This document shows, piece after piece, positions 37,610-46,979 of a stretch of 64,000 nucleotides of DNA. The notes below the pieces were generated by a model. That model ran no database searches. It had not been told where the DNA came from and saw only the letters and a program-made list of their open reading frames with translations. This stretch comes from an uncultured Acidimicrobiia bacterium (GTDB lineage Bacteria > Actinomycetota > Acidimicrobiia > IMCC26256 > PALSA-555): assembly GCA_963720675.1 (NCBI GenBank), contig CAVRGH010000003.1, positions 72,087-136,086 on the forward strand, in the 5' to 3' direction. The position numbers and the translations under genes are program-made. Positions within the stretch are counted from its first letter, which is position 1, and every line of letters begins with the position of its first letter.

Positions 37610-39004
37610 TCAGGCGTCGACGGACGCGGGGCCGGCCTCGGCGTTCCACGCCGCGAACCCGCCGAGCACGTCGGACACGTCGGCGAAGCCGTGGGCGTCG
37701 AGCACGCTCATGGCGACTGCGGAGCGCCCACCGCCGGCGCAGTACACGACGGTCGGCGTCGCAGGGTCGAGGCTGTCGAGCTGTGCGACGAGGCGCGGCA
37801 GGGGGATCGCCTGGGCGCCGGGCACCGAGCCGAGCGCGACCTCACCCGGATCCCGCACGTCGATGACCTGCAGCTCGGCGACGTCGCGCCGTCGCTCCTC
37901 GAGCTCGCGTGCGCTGAGGCGTGACGAACGTTGCGTCGCATCCGGATGTGTCGCGAACGCGGCGTGCATGCCGTCGAGGAACCCGATGACGTGGTCGAAG
38001 CCGATGCGTCCCAGTCGGACCTTCGCCTCGAGCTCGGTCCCCGGGTTCCCCACGAGCACGATCGGCGTGTCGTGGGTGAGGATGTCGCCCGTCCACTCGG
38101 AGAAGCGGCCCTGCAGGTCGACGTTGACGCTCCCGCGCAGGTGCCCGGCCGAGAACTCCATCGCGTCGCGGGTGTCGAGCACCGCCGCGCCCGTCCGCAT
38201 TGCCGCGAGGACCTCGTCGATGTCCATCGCCGGGGGCGCGTGCACCTCGTCGAGGATCGGCCGCGCTTCGCGGTTCCGTGCCGCGTCGAAGGCGAAGTAG
38301 CCGGGAGCGGTGGGCTGGCCCTCCGTGACGATCGCGACGAACGCCTCCTCGCTCATCGGCTGCAGCGCGTAGTTCACCCGGCGCTGCTCACCGATCGTGG
38401 ACTGCGTCTCGGTGGAGAGCTGCTTCCCGCACGCCGAGCCGGCGCCGTGCGCAGGGAAGACGCGCGTCTCGTCGGGCAGGGTGAGGAGCTGCTCGTGCAA
38501 CGAGTGGTACAGGCGGCCCGCGAGCTCGTCGGCGCTGACACCGATCGACGACAGGAGGTCAGGGCGTCCGACGTCCCCGATGAACAGGGTGTCGCCGGTG
38601 AGCACCGCCGACGGTGTCGCGTCGTCCGGGTGCTCCCAGACCACGATGCTGATCGACTCCGGCGTGTGCCCGGGCGTCGCCCGGATCTCCAGGGTGACCT
38701 CGCCGAGCGAGAGTCGCCGGCCGTCGGCGAGGGCCTCGAACGGGAACCCGATGCCGGTGACGGCTTCGCCGTAGGAGATGGTCGCCCCGGTGCTCGCGGC
38801 GAGCTCGAGGTGCCCCGAGAGGAAGTCGGCGTGGACGTGGGTCTCCAGCACCCGCTCGATCGTGAGGCCCTGGGAGGCGGCGTCGGCCAGGTACTGGGTG
38901 ACGTCACGCTGGGGGTCCACCACGACGCCCCGGCCGGTCGACTCGTCGCCGATCAGGTACGAGGCGTGTGAGAGGCACTCCAGGTAGTACTGCGTGAGGA
39001 TCAC
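37610..39004 (-). CDS. MBL-fold persulfide-dioxygenase-like domain fused to two rhodanese domains (CstB/ETHE1-rhodanese type)
   Basis: GTG 39004 (VILTQYYLECLSHASYLIGD). The metal motif is ETHVHADFLSG, followed by ATPGHTPES. The C-terminal rhodanese loop is VVYCAGGGRS. Confidence 0.85.
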   Translation of the reverse strand: MILTQYYLECLSHASYLIGDESTGRGVVVDPQRDVTQYLADAASQGLTIERVLETHVHADFLSGHLELAASTGATISYGEAVTGIGFPFEALADGRRLSLGEVTLEIRATPGHTPESISIVVWEHPDDATPSAVLTGDTLFIGDVGRPDLLSSIGVSADELAGRLYHSLHEQLLTLPDETRVFPAHGAGSACGKQLSTETQSTIGEQRRVNYALQPMSEEAFVAIVTEGQPTAPGYFAFDAARNREARPILDEVHAPPAMDIDEVLAAMRTGAAVLDTRDAMEFSAGHLRGSVNVDLQGRFSEWTGDILTHDTPIVLVGNPGTELEAKVRLGRIGFDHVIGFLDGMHAAFATHPDATQRSSRLSARELEERRRDVAELQVIDVRDPGEVALGSVPGAQAIPLPRLVAQLDSLDPATPTVVYCAGGGRSAVAMSVLDAHGFADVSDVLGGFAAWNAEAGPASVDA

Positions 39005-39042
39005 CGGTCGAACGTAGCCCCCGCAACGGTCCCACCAGCCCC

Positions 39043-39073
39043 AGGAACCACACGTTCCTCGTGTTCCGCGGAA
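39043..39073. promoter_or_regulatory. Two adjacent palindromes in a divergent promoter region (candidate operator)
   Basis: AGGAAC-CACAC-GTTCCT occupies 39043-39059 and TTCCGCGGAA occupies 39064-39073. They lie between the MBL-rhodanese gene start (39004, minus) and the 39179 gene (plus). Confidence 0.3.
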
Positions 39074-39178
39074 TCCGCTGGGAAAATCCCGTCGGCGGCT
39101 CAAGTCGGGCCCACTGACGTGACGACACAAGGTTGGGCTTCTCGAAGCGGCACCGGTCCCGGACACCTGGAAGGGACG

Positions 39179-39835
39179 ATGGCGATGCGCACGAGATCGA
39201 TGATCGCGGCTGGCATCCTCGCCGCCTGCTTCGGCGCGCTGGGCGTCGGCATCGATGCTGTGCCGGCGAGCGCGCACGACGCGGGCCCCGGCGTCGAGTT
39301 CTGGTGCTCCTTCCCGCCGCCCTACCGTCCCTCGTGGTGCCCGGGCTGGCACGGTCACGGCCCGCCGCCGACCACGACCACCAGCACCACGACGACCAGC
39401 ACGACGACGACCTCCACCACCACGACGACCACGACGCCGACGACCGCGCCGCCGGTCGTCGCCCCGGGTCCGCCGCCGTCGCCCCTCACGCAGGGTGACG
39501 GCGCGACGCTCGCCGACGGCGTCTCGACGACCGCCGGCGCGGCGACGGACGCACGGATCGCGTCCGCCGCGGTGGCGGCCGACCGCGCCGCGCTACCCCC
39601 GGCTGCGACGATCACGCCATCCGGGGTGTTCACTCCCACCGCGACCCCGGCAGCACCCTTGCCGAGCGTCACGCCGATTCCGGCGACCTTCCCGTCGCCG
39701 ATCGGGCCGGGCGGCGGCACGGTGCCGCTCGGGGTCGCCGTGGGGATCGGGATCGCCGGACTGCTGGCGGGTGTGCTCGTCGGGCTCGGCGCCCTCGGGC
39801 ACCCGTGGCGGCGCCGTCCGAGCTCGCCCTCATGA
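39179..39835 (+). CDS. Secreted Thr/Pro-rich protein with a C-terminal membrane anchor
   Basis: ATG 39179 follows GGAAGGGA. It has a signal peptide (MAMRTRSMIAAGILAACFGALGV), a Cys motif (EFWCSFPPPYRPSWCPGWHGHG), a poly-Thr linker and a C-terminal TM span followed by RRR. Confidence 0.6.
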   Translation: MAMRTRSMIAAGILAACFGALGVGIDAVPASAHDAGPGVEFWCSFPPPYRPSWCPGWHGHGPPPTTTTSTTTTSTTTTSTTTTTTTPTTAPPVVAPGPPPSPLTQGDGATLADGVSTTAGAATDARIASAAVAADRAALPPAATITPSGVFTPTATPAAPLPSVTPIPATFPSPIGPGGGTVPLGVAVGIGIAGLLAGVLVGLGALGHPWRRRPSSPS

Positions 39836-39854
39836 TCAGGAGCGAGTGAGCTGA

Positions 39855-41438
39855 TCAGGAGCGAGTGAGTTCGGTCGCGAGCGCGCGCAGCTTCCGGTAG
39901 TCGGCCTTCCCCGCGGCCGAACGGGCGAGCGTGTCGACGAGCAGGAAGCGCTTCGGGCGCTTGTACCCCGAGAGCCGGCCGCGACACCACCCGTCGAGCG
40001 ACGCTGCGTCCGCGCCGTCGTGTGCGTTGGGCACGACGAGCGCGACGACGAGCTCACCGAACCGTTCGTCGGGCACGCCGACGACCAAGCAGTCGAACAC
40101 GCCGGGGTGCTCGCGGAGCAGGAGCTCGACCTCCTCGGGATAGACCTTCTCGCCCCCGGTGTTGATGCACGCGGAACCCCGACCGAGGAGCTGGATCGTG
40201 CCGTCGGCCTCGACCGTCGCGTAGTCGCCCGGGATCGAGTACCGGACACCGTCGAAGGTGCGAAAGGTCGCGGCCGTCTTCTCCTCGTCCTTGTAGTAGC
40301 CGAGCGGGATCGGGCCGGTGACGCCGACCATGCCGATGTCGCCGCTCCCCGGTGCGACCTCGGCGCCGGTGTGCTCGTCGAGCACCTTCACCTTGTCGTT
40401 CACCGCGAAGCGGGCGGGCCTGATGGCGCTGTCCGACCGCGACGCAGTGCGCGACATCATCCCTTCGGACGCACCGAGCGAGTCGATGAGGGTCACCGTC
40501 GGGAGGTGGCGGAGCAGGCCCGCCTTCACCTCCGGGCTCCAGGTGACCCCGGACGAGGTGATCGCACGCAGTGCCGAGAGGTCCCACCGCGTCGGTTCGG
40601 CGTCGAGGGCGTCGAGGATCGGGCGGGCGAAGACGTCGCCGACGATGGTGAGCACCGCGACCGCGTTGCGATCGATCTCGGACCAGAGCAGCTGCGGGTC
40701 GAGGCCTGGCTCGTCGACGAGGACGACCGTGCCCGCCCCGGCAAGCGTCGAGAGCGCGATGAAGAGCCCGGTGCCGTGCATGAGCGGGCAGGCGGGGAGC
40801 GCGGTGCCGGTGCGCTTCCCGGCGCGTGCCGCGGCGATCGGGTCGGGGGGTTCGGCGCCCGGGCGTGCCATCTGCCAGAGCGCACGGTACAGGTCGTCGT
40901 TGCGCCACATGACGCCTTTCGGCATGCCCGTGGTGCCGCCCGTGTACAGGAACAGCAGGTCGTCGCCGTCGGGGGGGCGCTCGGCCCACGCGCCATCGGG
41001 CGCCGCGGCCGCCACCGCCGCCTCGTAGGCCACGCCCGTCTCGAGCACCACCGCAGGGCGTCGGGCTGCGGGCATGCCGGCGATCGCCTCGTGGGCCGCG
41101 GTCGCGAACGCCGGATCGTGGACGAGGGCGCGCGCGTCGCTGTTGTCGAGGACGTAGCGGACCTCCTCGGCGACGTACCGGTAGTTCACGTTGACCGGCG
41201 TCGCACCGACGAGCCAAGCGGCGAACATCGTCTCGAGGTACTCGGGTCGGTTCGTCGCGTCGATGGCGACCTTGTCGCCCGGTCGGACCCCGGCGCCGAA
41301 CAGGTGGGTCGCGAGGCGCCGGGCCCGGTCGGCGAAGTCGCCCCAGGACAGGCGCCGCCCCCCGCACACGATCGCGTCGCGGTCGGGGACGGTCTCCGCG
41401 ATCCCGGTCCACACTTCGGCGTAGCTCCAACCCGGCAC
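39855..41438 (-). CDS. AMP-dependent acyl-CoA synthetase/ligase (FadD-like)
   Basis: The ORF is intact at 527 aa. It reads LLFLYTGGTTGMPKGVMW, YATVEADGTIQLLGRGS and INTGGEKVYPEEVE. Confidence 0.9.
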   Translation of the reverse strand: MPGWSYAEVWTGIAETVPDRDAIVCGGRRLSWGDFADRARRLATHLFGAGVRPGDKVAIDATNRPEYLETMFAAWLVGATPVNVNYRYVAEEVRYVLDNSDARALVHDPAFATAAHEAIAGMPAARRPAVVLETGVAYEAAVAAAAPDGAWAERPPDGDDLLFLYTGGTTGMPKGVMWRNDDLYRALWQMARPGAEPPDPIAAARAGKRTGTALPACPLMHGTGLFIALSTLAGAGTVVLVDEPGLDPQLLWSEIDRNAVAVLTIVGDVFARPILDALDAEPTRWDLSALRAITSSGVTWSPEVKAGLLRHLPTVTLIDSLGASEGMMSRTASRSDSAIRPARFAVNDKVKVLDEHTGAEVAPGSGDIGMVGVTGPIPLGYYKDEEKTAATFRTFDGVRYSIPGDYATVEADGTIQLLGRGSACINTGGEKVYPEEVELLLREHPGVFDCLVVGVPDERFGELVVALVVPNAHDGADAASLDGWCRGRLSGYKRPKRFLLVDTLARSAAGKADYRKLRALATELTRS

Positions 41439-41498
41439 GGCGACTCAGGGTACGCGCCCGGTTGCCGCGCGCCTCGCTCTGGCCGCCATGATGGACGC

Positions 41499-42398
41499 AT
41501 GGGACTGCCGGATCCGCTCGGGGTCGTCGGCGCCGCGTCCGACATCGTCCGCGGCGGCGTGGCCCGCGCGTTCCGCTTGCGCCTCTCCGGTGCGCCGAGC
41601 GGTCCCCCGGTCGCGGTCAGCGGCGACGCGGGATGGTTCGGTCCCGACTCGGTCGCGTGGCGAGTGCACGCTGACCTCGGGACCGTCATCGGCGGCCTGC
41701 GTGCCCTCCTGTACCAGACGCTGCATCCGCTCGCGATGGCCGGCGTCGCCGAGCACTCCGACTACCGCAGCGATCCGTGGGGAAGGTTGCACCGGACGGC
41801 GGAGTTCGTCGCGGCGACCACGTACGGCACGAGCGCCGAAGCCGGTGCGGCCGTGGCACGGGTGCAGCACGTGCACGAGCACGTGCGCGGGACCGCGCCC
41901 GATGGCCGGCCATACGCCGCGGACGATCCCGCGCTGCTCGCGTGGGTGCATGCGACCGAGGTCGACAGCTTCCTGGCCGCGTACCGACGCTACGGCGGCG
42001 GCCTCACCGACGCCGAGGCGGACCAGTACGTCGCGGAGATGGCGATGATCGCGATCGCGTTCGGCGCCGATCCCGTGCCGACGAGCGTCGCCGAGCTCGG
42101 CGAGGTCCTCGGGGGCTACGCACTGCACGCCACGCGTCAGGCGCGCGACGCCACGCGCTTCCTCCTCTTCCCGCCGCTGCCGCTGTCAGCGCGCGCGACC
42201 TACGCACTCCTCGCGACTGCAGCAGTCGAGCTCCTGCCGGTGCGCGCGCAGCTCGAGCTCCGACTCGTGATCCCACCGCTCGCGGGCCCGCTCGCCGTGC
42301 GCCCGGCGACCCGCGCGCTCTTCGGCACGCTCCGTTGGGCGTTGGGTGAGTCGCCGACCTTGGCGGCAGCACGCGTTCGGGCCTCCGCGCCGGCGTAG
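41499..42398 (+). CDS. DUF2236 / MpaB-family oxygenase
   Basis: ATG 41499. It reads GPDSVAWRVHADLGTVIGGLRALLYQTLHPLAMAGVAEHSDYRSDPWGRLHRT. Confidence 0.75.
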   Translation: MGLPDPLGVVGAASDIVRGGVARAFRLRLSGAPSGPPVAVSGDAGWFGPDSVAWRVHADLGTVIGGLRALLYQTLHPLAMAGVAEHSDYRSDPWGRLHRTAEFVAATTYGTSAEAGAAVARVQHVHEHVRGTAPDGRPYAADDPALLAWVHATEVDSFLAAYRRYGGGLTDAEADQYVAEMAMIAIAFGADPVPTSVAELGEVLGGYALHATRQARDATRFLLFPPLPLSARATYALLATAAVELLPVRAQLELRLVIPPLAGPLAVRPATRALFGTLRWALGESPTLAAARVRASAPA

Positions 42399-42401
42399 CC
42401 C

Positions 42402-42773
42402 TCAGGTGCCGGCCGAGCCCTCGGCAACGGGTGAGCGCACCGCGTCGGCCGATCGCCGGTGCCGCTGGACGATCCCGCCGGCGATGATCAGTGCGGTCGT
42501 GCTCACGATCGCCACGAGCGGCGCCATCCAGAGGACCGCGAGCGCCACGGCGAACACCTCGAAGACCACCGCGGCGGTGCCCGCCGAGGGGTGGCCGTCG
42601 GCGACACCGAGCGCGATGCCGCCGGCCATGAGGGCGAGCACGAGGAAGAGCAAGCCCACCCCGACGCGCAGGGGTGTCGAGCCGAAGCCGACGCCGGCGA
42701 GCGCGACGAACCCGATGATCGCCAGGGCGAGGGACTGGGCACCCAGGATCAGGGCGGTGACGGTGGCTCCCAT
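42402..42773 (-). CDS. Small integral membrane protein (4 predicted TM spans)
   Basis: The ORF is 123 aa and strongly hydrophobic. The only other frame-consistent alternative is Arg-rich. Confidence 0.5.
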   Translation of the reverse strand: MGATVTALILGAQSLALAIIGFVALAGVGFGSTPLRVGVGLLFLVLALMAGGIALGVADGHPSAGTAAVVFEVFAVALAVLWMAPLVAIVSTTALIIAGGIVQRHRRSADAVRSPVAEGSAGT

Positions 42774-42899
42774 ACCGGCGCGCTCCCGAGGCTCGGGGGA
42801 AGGACGGGCTGATGGTCGTGCTCACCAGCTGGTCGCCAGCATCCGCGCCGGACATCAGAGGCTCATGAAGCCCCGGTGAGGGGTTGCTGGGAACGCGCG

Positions 42900-43778
42900 C
42901 TACGCGGGAGCGATGTCGATGACGCCGCGAGTGCGATCCAGCGCAGCGAGACGCTCGTCGAGCACGGTCGAGCGAGCCGGGAGCGGCAGCGCGCGGATCG
43001 CGTCGACGGTGCGCTGGGTGTCCCAGCCGGCGTACGCGATGCCGACGAAGGGCACGAACCCGGCGCCCCACCGTGCGAAGAGGCGGGCGGCGACGACGCG
43101 CACGACGTGCTTGGTGACGTGACGGCGCACCGCGGTGCCGGACGGCGACTCGCCCGTCATGGCGAAGATCACGTCGTCGGCGACCTGCTGAGGATCGACC
43201 ACGAGGCCGGCCGCCTCGAGATCGTGGACGCGGAGCGACGCGGCGACGTAGAGCTCCATCGCGACGGCGACGAGGTTCGCGCCGATGATCACCGGCAGTG
43301 ACGGCGGGACGATCGACCCGGCCGACACGATCGCCGCGATCGTCTCGATCTCCTCACCGGCGGCGGCGAGCCCGCCCGCGGCGGCGAGGATCGTCTTGGC
43401 GCTCGTCGTGCGCTGCACCGGCAGCGGGTGCGCGACGAGCAGCGGCGTGATGACGGTGAGCAGGCGCTCGGTCTCGGTCTCCGCGGCGGCGTGAGCCTGC
43501 GCGGGCGTGCGGACCTTGCGGAGTCGGTAGACCGACTTCGCGAGCTCGGGCACCGCTTCCTTCGGTAGCGATTGGAGCGAGAGCACGGTGGCCTCGCGCA
43601 CCTTCGACGCGGTGGCGACGGCACTCGACGCGGCCGCGGTCCCCCGGGAGCGGGCGACGTCGAACGCGGGCTTCGACACGTCGCGGGCCACCGAACGGGC
43701 CGAGGCGGCGAGGTCGCGCGTGGCGCCCTTCACCTTGCTGGTGAAGCCGGGCCGTGGGCGGATCGTGGTGCCGGGCAT
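42900..43778 (-). CDS. Hypothetical protein
   Basis: The ORF is intact at 292 aa. AGGAG lies 7 nt upstream of ATG 43778. The translation is non-repetitive with a hydrophobic central region. Confidence 0.55.
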   Translation of the reverse strand: MPGTTIRPRPGFTSKVKGATRDLAASARSVARDVSKPAFDVARSRGTAAASSAVATASKVREATVLSLQSLPKEAVPELAKSVYRLRKVRTPAQAHAAAETETERLLTVITPLLVAHPLPVQRTTSAKTILAAAGGLAAAGEEIETIAAIVSAGSIVPPSLPVIIGANLVAVAMELYVAASLRVHDLEAAGLVVDPQQVADDVIFAMTGESPSGTAVRRHVTKHVVRVVAARLFARWGAGFVPFVGIAYAGWDTQRTVDAIRALPLPARSTVLDERLAALDRTRGVIDIAPA

Positions 43779-43894
43779 CGCAGTGCTCCTGGTGGGGTGC
43801 GTACGGAGGAGCCGTACCCAGGGAACAACGCCTCAATCATGCCCGTCGTTCCCACCACTCAACGCGGGTCCGGGCGCGTCCATGGTCAATACAT

Positions 43895-44689
43895 CTAGGC
43901 GGGCGGGGCCACCTTGGGCCGGCGGGGGACGAAGGGGCTGGTGCGGGCCACGTAGTCCTCGTAGCCGGGGCGACGCTTGGCCATCCCCTTCTCGAGGAGG
44001 GTCACGCCTGACACCCGCCGCAGGAACACGGTCATGGTGAGGGCGCCGAGGAGCCCGATCGCGCCGAGGCCGCTCTCGGCCGCGACCAGGGCGATGCCCC
44101 ACCAGACACAGGCGTCGCCGAAGTAGTTGGGGTGGCGGGTGTACCGCCAGAGGCCGCGGTCCATCACGAGGCCCCGGTTCGCGGGATCCGCCTTGAACCG
44201 GACCAGCTGCGCGTCGCCCACGGCCTCGAACGTGATGCCCACGGTCCAGACGAGGATGCCGAGGACGCCGAGCACGCCGATCCCGGGGTCGTCGGGCACC
44301 TGCCCGAGCTGCACCGGCAGCGACACGATCCACATGAGCGTGCCCTGGAGCGCGAACACGGTGAAGAGGCTCACCCACCAGAAGCGGTCGCCCCAGTGGC
44401 GGCGCATCGCCTGGTACCGGAAGTCCTCGCCCGAGCCGTGGTTGCGCCAGTACAGGTAGATCGAGAGTCGCAGGCCCCAGATGGTGGTCAGGGCGACGAG
44501 GATCCACTGGCGGGTCGGGTTCCCGTCGACGGTCGCGCGCACGGCCCACGCGACGAGCACGAAGCCCAGGCCCCAGATCGGGTCGACGATGGAGGCGTCG
44601 CGCTTGATGACGCTCACGACCCAGGTCACGGTCATGAGCACCGCGATCGTCGAGACCGCGACGAGCAGCGCGGTTGCCGCGTCGCTCAC
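43895..44689 (-). CDS. DUF1295 (steroid 5-alpha-reductase-like) membrane protein
   Basis: GTG 44689 overlaps the upstream stop (GTGA). It reads GLWRYTRHPNYFGDACVWWG. Confidence 0.8.
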   Translation of the reverse strand: MSDAATALLVAVSTIAVLMTVTWVVSVIKRDASIVDPIWGLGFVLVAWAVRATVDGNPTRQWILVALTTIWGLRLSIYLYWRNHGSGEDFRYQAMRRHWGDRFWWVSLFTVFALQGTLMWIVSLPVQLGQVPDDPGIGVLGVLGILVWTVGITFEAVGDAQLVRFKADPANRGLVMDRGLWRYTRHPNYFGDACVWWGIALVAAESGLGAIGLLGALTMTVFLRRVSGVTLLEKGMAKRRPGYEDYVARTSPFVPRRPKVAPPA

Positions 44690-45699
44690 GTCGTGATCGG
44701 CTCGGCGGCGGGACCGGGTTCGGCCGCGGCGCGGTCGGCCGCCAACGCCGCGTCGATCTCGGCGTCGAGCTGCAGCCACACCTCGTCGAGCCAGATCGTG
44801 AACGCCGGGTCGTCGGACGGGACCTCGGCGCGCGGGATGCGCCGCAGCCACGCGCGCACCGGCCGCCGGCGGGGCACGACGCGCAGGATCCCGCCGAAGG
44901 TGTCGAGGCCCTCGAAGCCGATGTGCCCGAGGACGACGATGTCGGCGTCGGGCGTGCCGGCGAGCAACGCCGCACTGCCCGCGGGCCGCGGGGGGAGCAG
45001 GTGCTGCAACCCCGCGAGCCGAGCCGCGCGCTCGGGATCGCGCTCCCCGATCTTCTCGAGCGCTCGAGCGCGCTTCTTCGGGTTCGCGCGCGTGCCTTCC
45101 GGGAAGATCACGGCGATGTCGTGCGCTCCCATGCCCCGGGAGAGGGCGGTGAGCGCCGCGAGCTCGGGCCCCGAATCTGTTGCCCCACGATCGAGGAAGT
45201 GGTTCGGGATCACGTTGCCGGCGATGTCGAGGCAGGGATCGGCGAGGAGCTCCCGTTTGAGCACGTAGCGCGGCAGCATTCCGGCGTCCGGGGCCACGAT
45301 GAACAGCGACGCGATCGAGTCGGCGAGGCTGCAGTGCCGACCGAGGACGACCACCGGACCCGGTCGTGCGACCTCCGCGCCCTCGACCTCCATCCGGAAC
45401 CCGCACACGAGTCGGAGGGAACCCACGATCCTGGCGGCCCACCAGCGCTGCAGTGCGTACCAAGGGCCCAGGTCCCGCCGCGTCGACCAGAGGACGAAGG
45501 CGGTGACGACGCCCGCCGTCTCGATCCACGTCCAACACAGGGCGAACAGGAGGAGCCGGGCGCGGGGGAGACGCCGCGGTGCCGTGACCAGGTCCACCAG
45601 CAGCGCGATCGGGAGCCAGATCGGGAGCAGCAGGGTGAGCAGCACCGCGCCGATGAGCAGCGCGGGCACCGACACCAGTCGACGCCGGTACCTCCGCAT
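44686..45699 (-). CDS. Lysophospholipid (1-acyl-sn-glycerol-3-phosphate-type) acyltransferase
   Basis: ATG 45699. It has an N-terminal TM span. The sequence reads VVVLGRHCSLADSI (HX4D) and VIFPEGTR. Confidence 0.75.
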   Translation of the reverse strand: MRRYRRRLVSVPALLIGAVLLTLLLPIWLPIALLVDLVTAPRRLPRARLLLFALCWTWIETAGVVTAFVLWSTRRDLGPWYALQRWWAARIVGSLRLVCGFRMEVEGAEVARPGPVVVLGRHCSLADSIASLFIVAPDAGMLPRYVLKRELLADPCLDIAGNVIPNHFLDRGATDSGPELAALTALSRGMGAHDIAVIFPEGTRANPKKRARALEKIGERDPERAARLAGLQHLLPPRPAGSAALLAGTPDADIVVLGHIGFEGLDTFGGILRVVPRRRPVRAWLRRIPRAEVPSDDPAFTIWLDEVWLQLDAEIDAALAADRAAAEPGPAAEPITT

Positions 45700-45713
45700 G
45701 CGGTGGCTCGGGC

Positions 45714-46904
45714 TCACGCGGTGCGGCGAGTGTTGAGCTCCATCGCGTTGTCGCGCAGCACCAAGCGGCGGTCGCTGTCGTCGAGCTCCTTGAGCTCCTG
45801 GACGTAGTCGAGCGGCTGGGGCATCCCCTCGATGTGGGGCCAGTCGGAGCCGAAGATGACGCGGTCGGCGCCCATGAGCCGAATGACCTCGTAGACGTCG
45901 TCCTCCCAGAACGGGTTGATCCACACGTTGCGGCGGAAGGTCTCGCCCGGATCCTCGGAGAAGTAGCCGATGAGCTTGTTGGACGTGGAGCGCAGCTTCT
46001 TGAAGAGGTCGGCGAGGAACTCCGACCCGTTCTCGACCGACGCAACGCGCACGTTCGGGAAGCGGTCCCAGAGCTTGTCGAACGCGAGCGAGATCAGGAA
46101 GTCGTACGCGGCCCGCTCGATCGCGAACATGCGGATCGATGGACGGCCCGCGCCGGCACCGAACGCGGCACTGAACGAGTCGTCGGCGTATCCCTGGCTC
46201 GAGTAACCGCTGTCACCCGCGTGTACCACGACGGTGATGCCGGCCTCGTTCACGCGGGCCCAGAACGGATCGAACATCGGGTCGGCGGGCGTGCGCTGCC
46301 CGACCGCGGTGTGCGGCGCCGCCGGTCGGAGGACGACCGTGCGCGCGTCGTGCTCGAGTGCCCACTCGAGCTCCTTGACCGCCCAGTCGACGTCGCACAG
46401 CGAGATGTAGGGCGACGCGTAGATGCGGTCCTGGTAGTTGCAGCCCCAGTCCTCGTCGAGCCACCGATTGAACGCGGTGCACATCATCGTGACTGCTTCG
46501 ATGTCGTGCTTCAGCAGCTCCTCGTAGAGGATGCCGAGGGTCGGGAAGAGCCAGATCTTCTCGAGGCCCTGCTGGTCCATCACCTGGAGCCGAACGTCCC
46601 GGTCGCGGTACTCGGGACGGATCGGCTCGCGCTCGCGCAGCATCTCCACCGGGTTCTTGCCCTCGGGGTTGCCGCGGAAGTAGTCGTGCAGCGCGCCCGC
46701 CTTGGCGACCGGGTCGAACGTCGGGTTCACGACCGCGTGGCTCACGCGGCCGCCGATCACGTGGTACTTGCGGCCGTCGATCTCGCACCACTGCACCACG
46801 CGCGGCCCCTGCTTGGGGTCGAGGTGGCGGGTGAAGGCGTCGATCGCCTCGTAGTAGTGGTTGTCGGCGTCGAAGGCGTCGTAGCCCAGGTTGTCAGCAT
46901 CCAT
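45714..46904 (-). CDS. Amidohydrolase-2 family metal-dependent hydrolase
   Basis: The ORF is intact at 396 aa. It reads YDAFDADNHYYE...VVVHAGDSG...RVIFGSDWPHIEG. Confidence 0.85.
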   Translation of the reverse strand: MDADNLGYDAFDADNHYYEAIDAFTRHLDPKQGPRVVQWCEIDGRKYHVIGGRVSHAVVNPTFDPVAKAGALHDYFRGNPEGKNPVEMLREREPIRPEYRDRDVRLQVMDQQGLEKIWLFPTLGILYEELLKHDIEAVTMMCTAFNRWLDEDWGCNYQDRIYASPYISLCDVDWAVKELEWALEHDARTVVLRPAAPHTAVGQRTPADPMFDPFWARVNEAGITVVVHAGDSGYSSQGYADDSFSAAFGAGAGRPSIRMFAIERAAYDFLISLAFDKLWDRFPNVRVASVENGSEFLADLFKKLRSTSNKLIGYFSEDPGETFRRNVWINPFWEDDVYEVIRLMGADRVIFGSDWPHIEGMPQPLDYVQELKELDDSDRRLVLRDNAMELNTRRTA

Positions 46905-46979
46905 GCCACGAGCGTAGATCGCCGGCCGCCGGTCGGGCCCGAAGCGGGCGCACCGGCAGCGCCGAGCAGGGGCGACGCG

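Noticed and set aside
39044-39058. GAAC-CACAC-GTTC as a second LexA box
   Set aside because: The spacer is 5 nt, not 4, and the flanks do not match TCGAAC/GTTCGA. It is treated instead as an unrelated palindrome (see findings).
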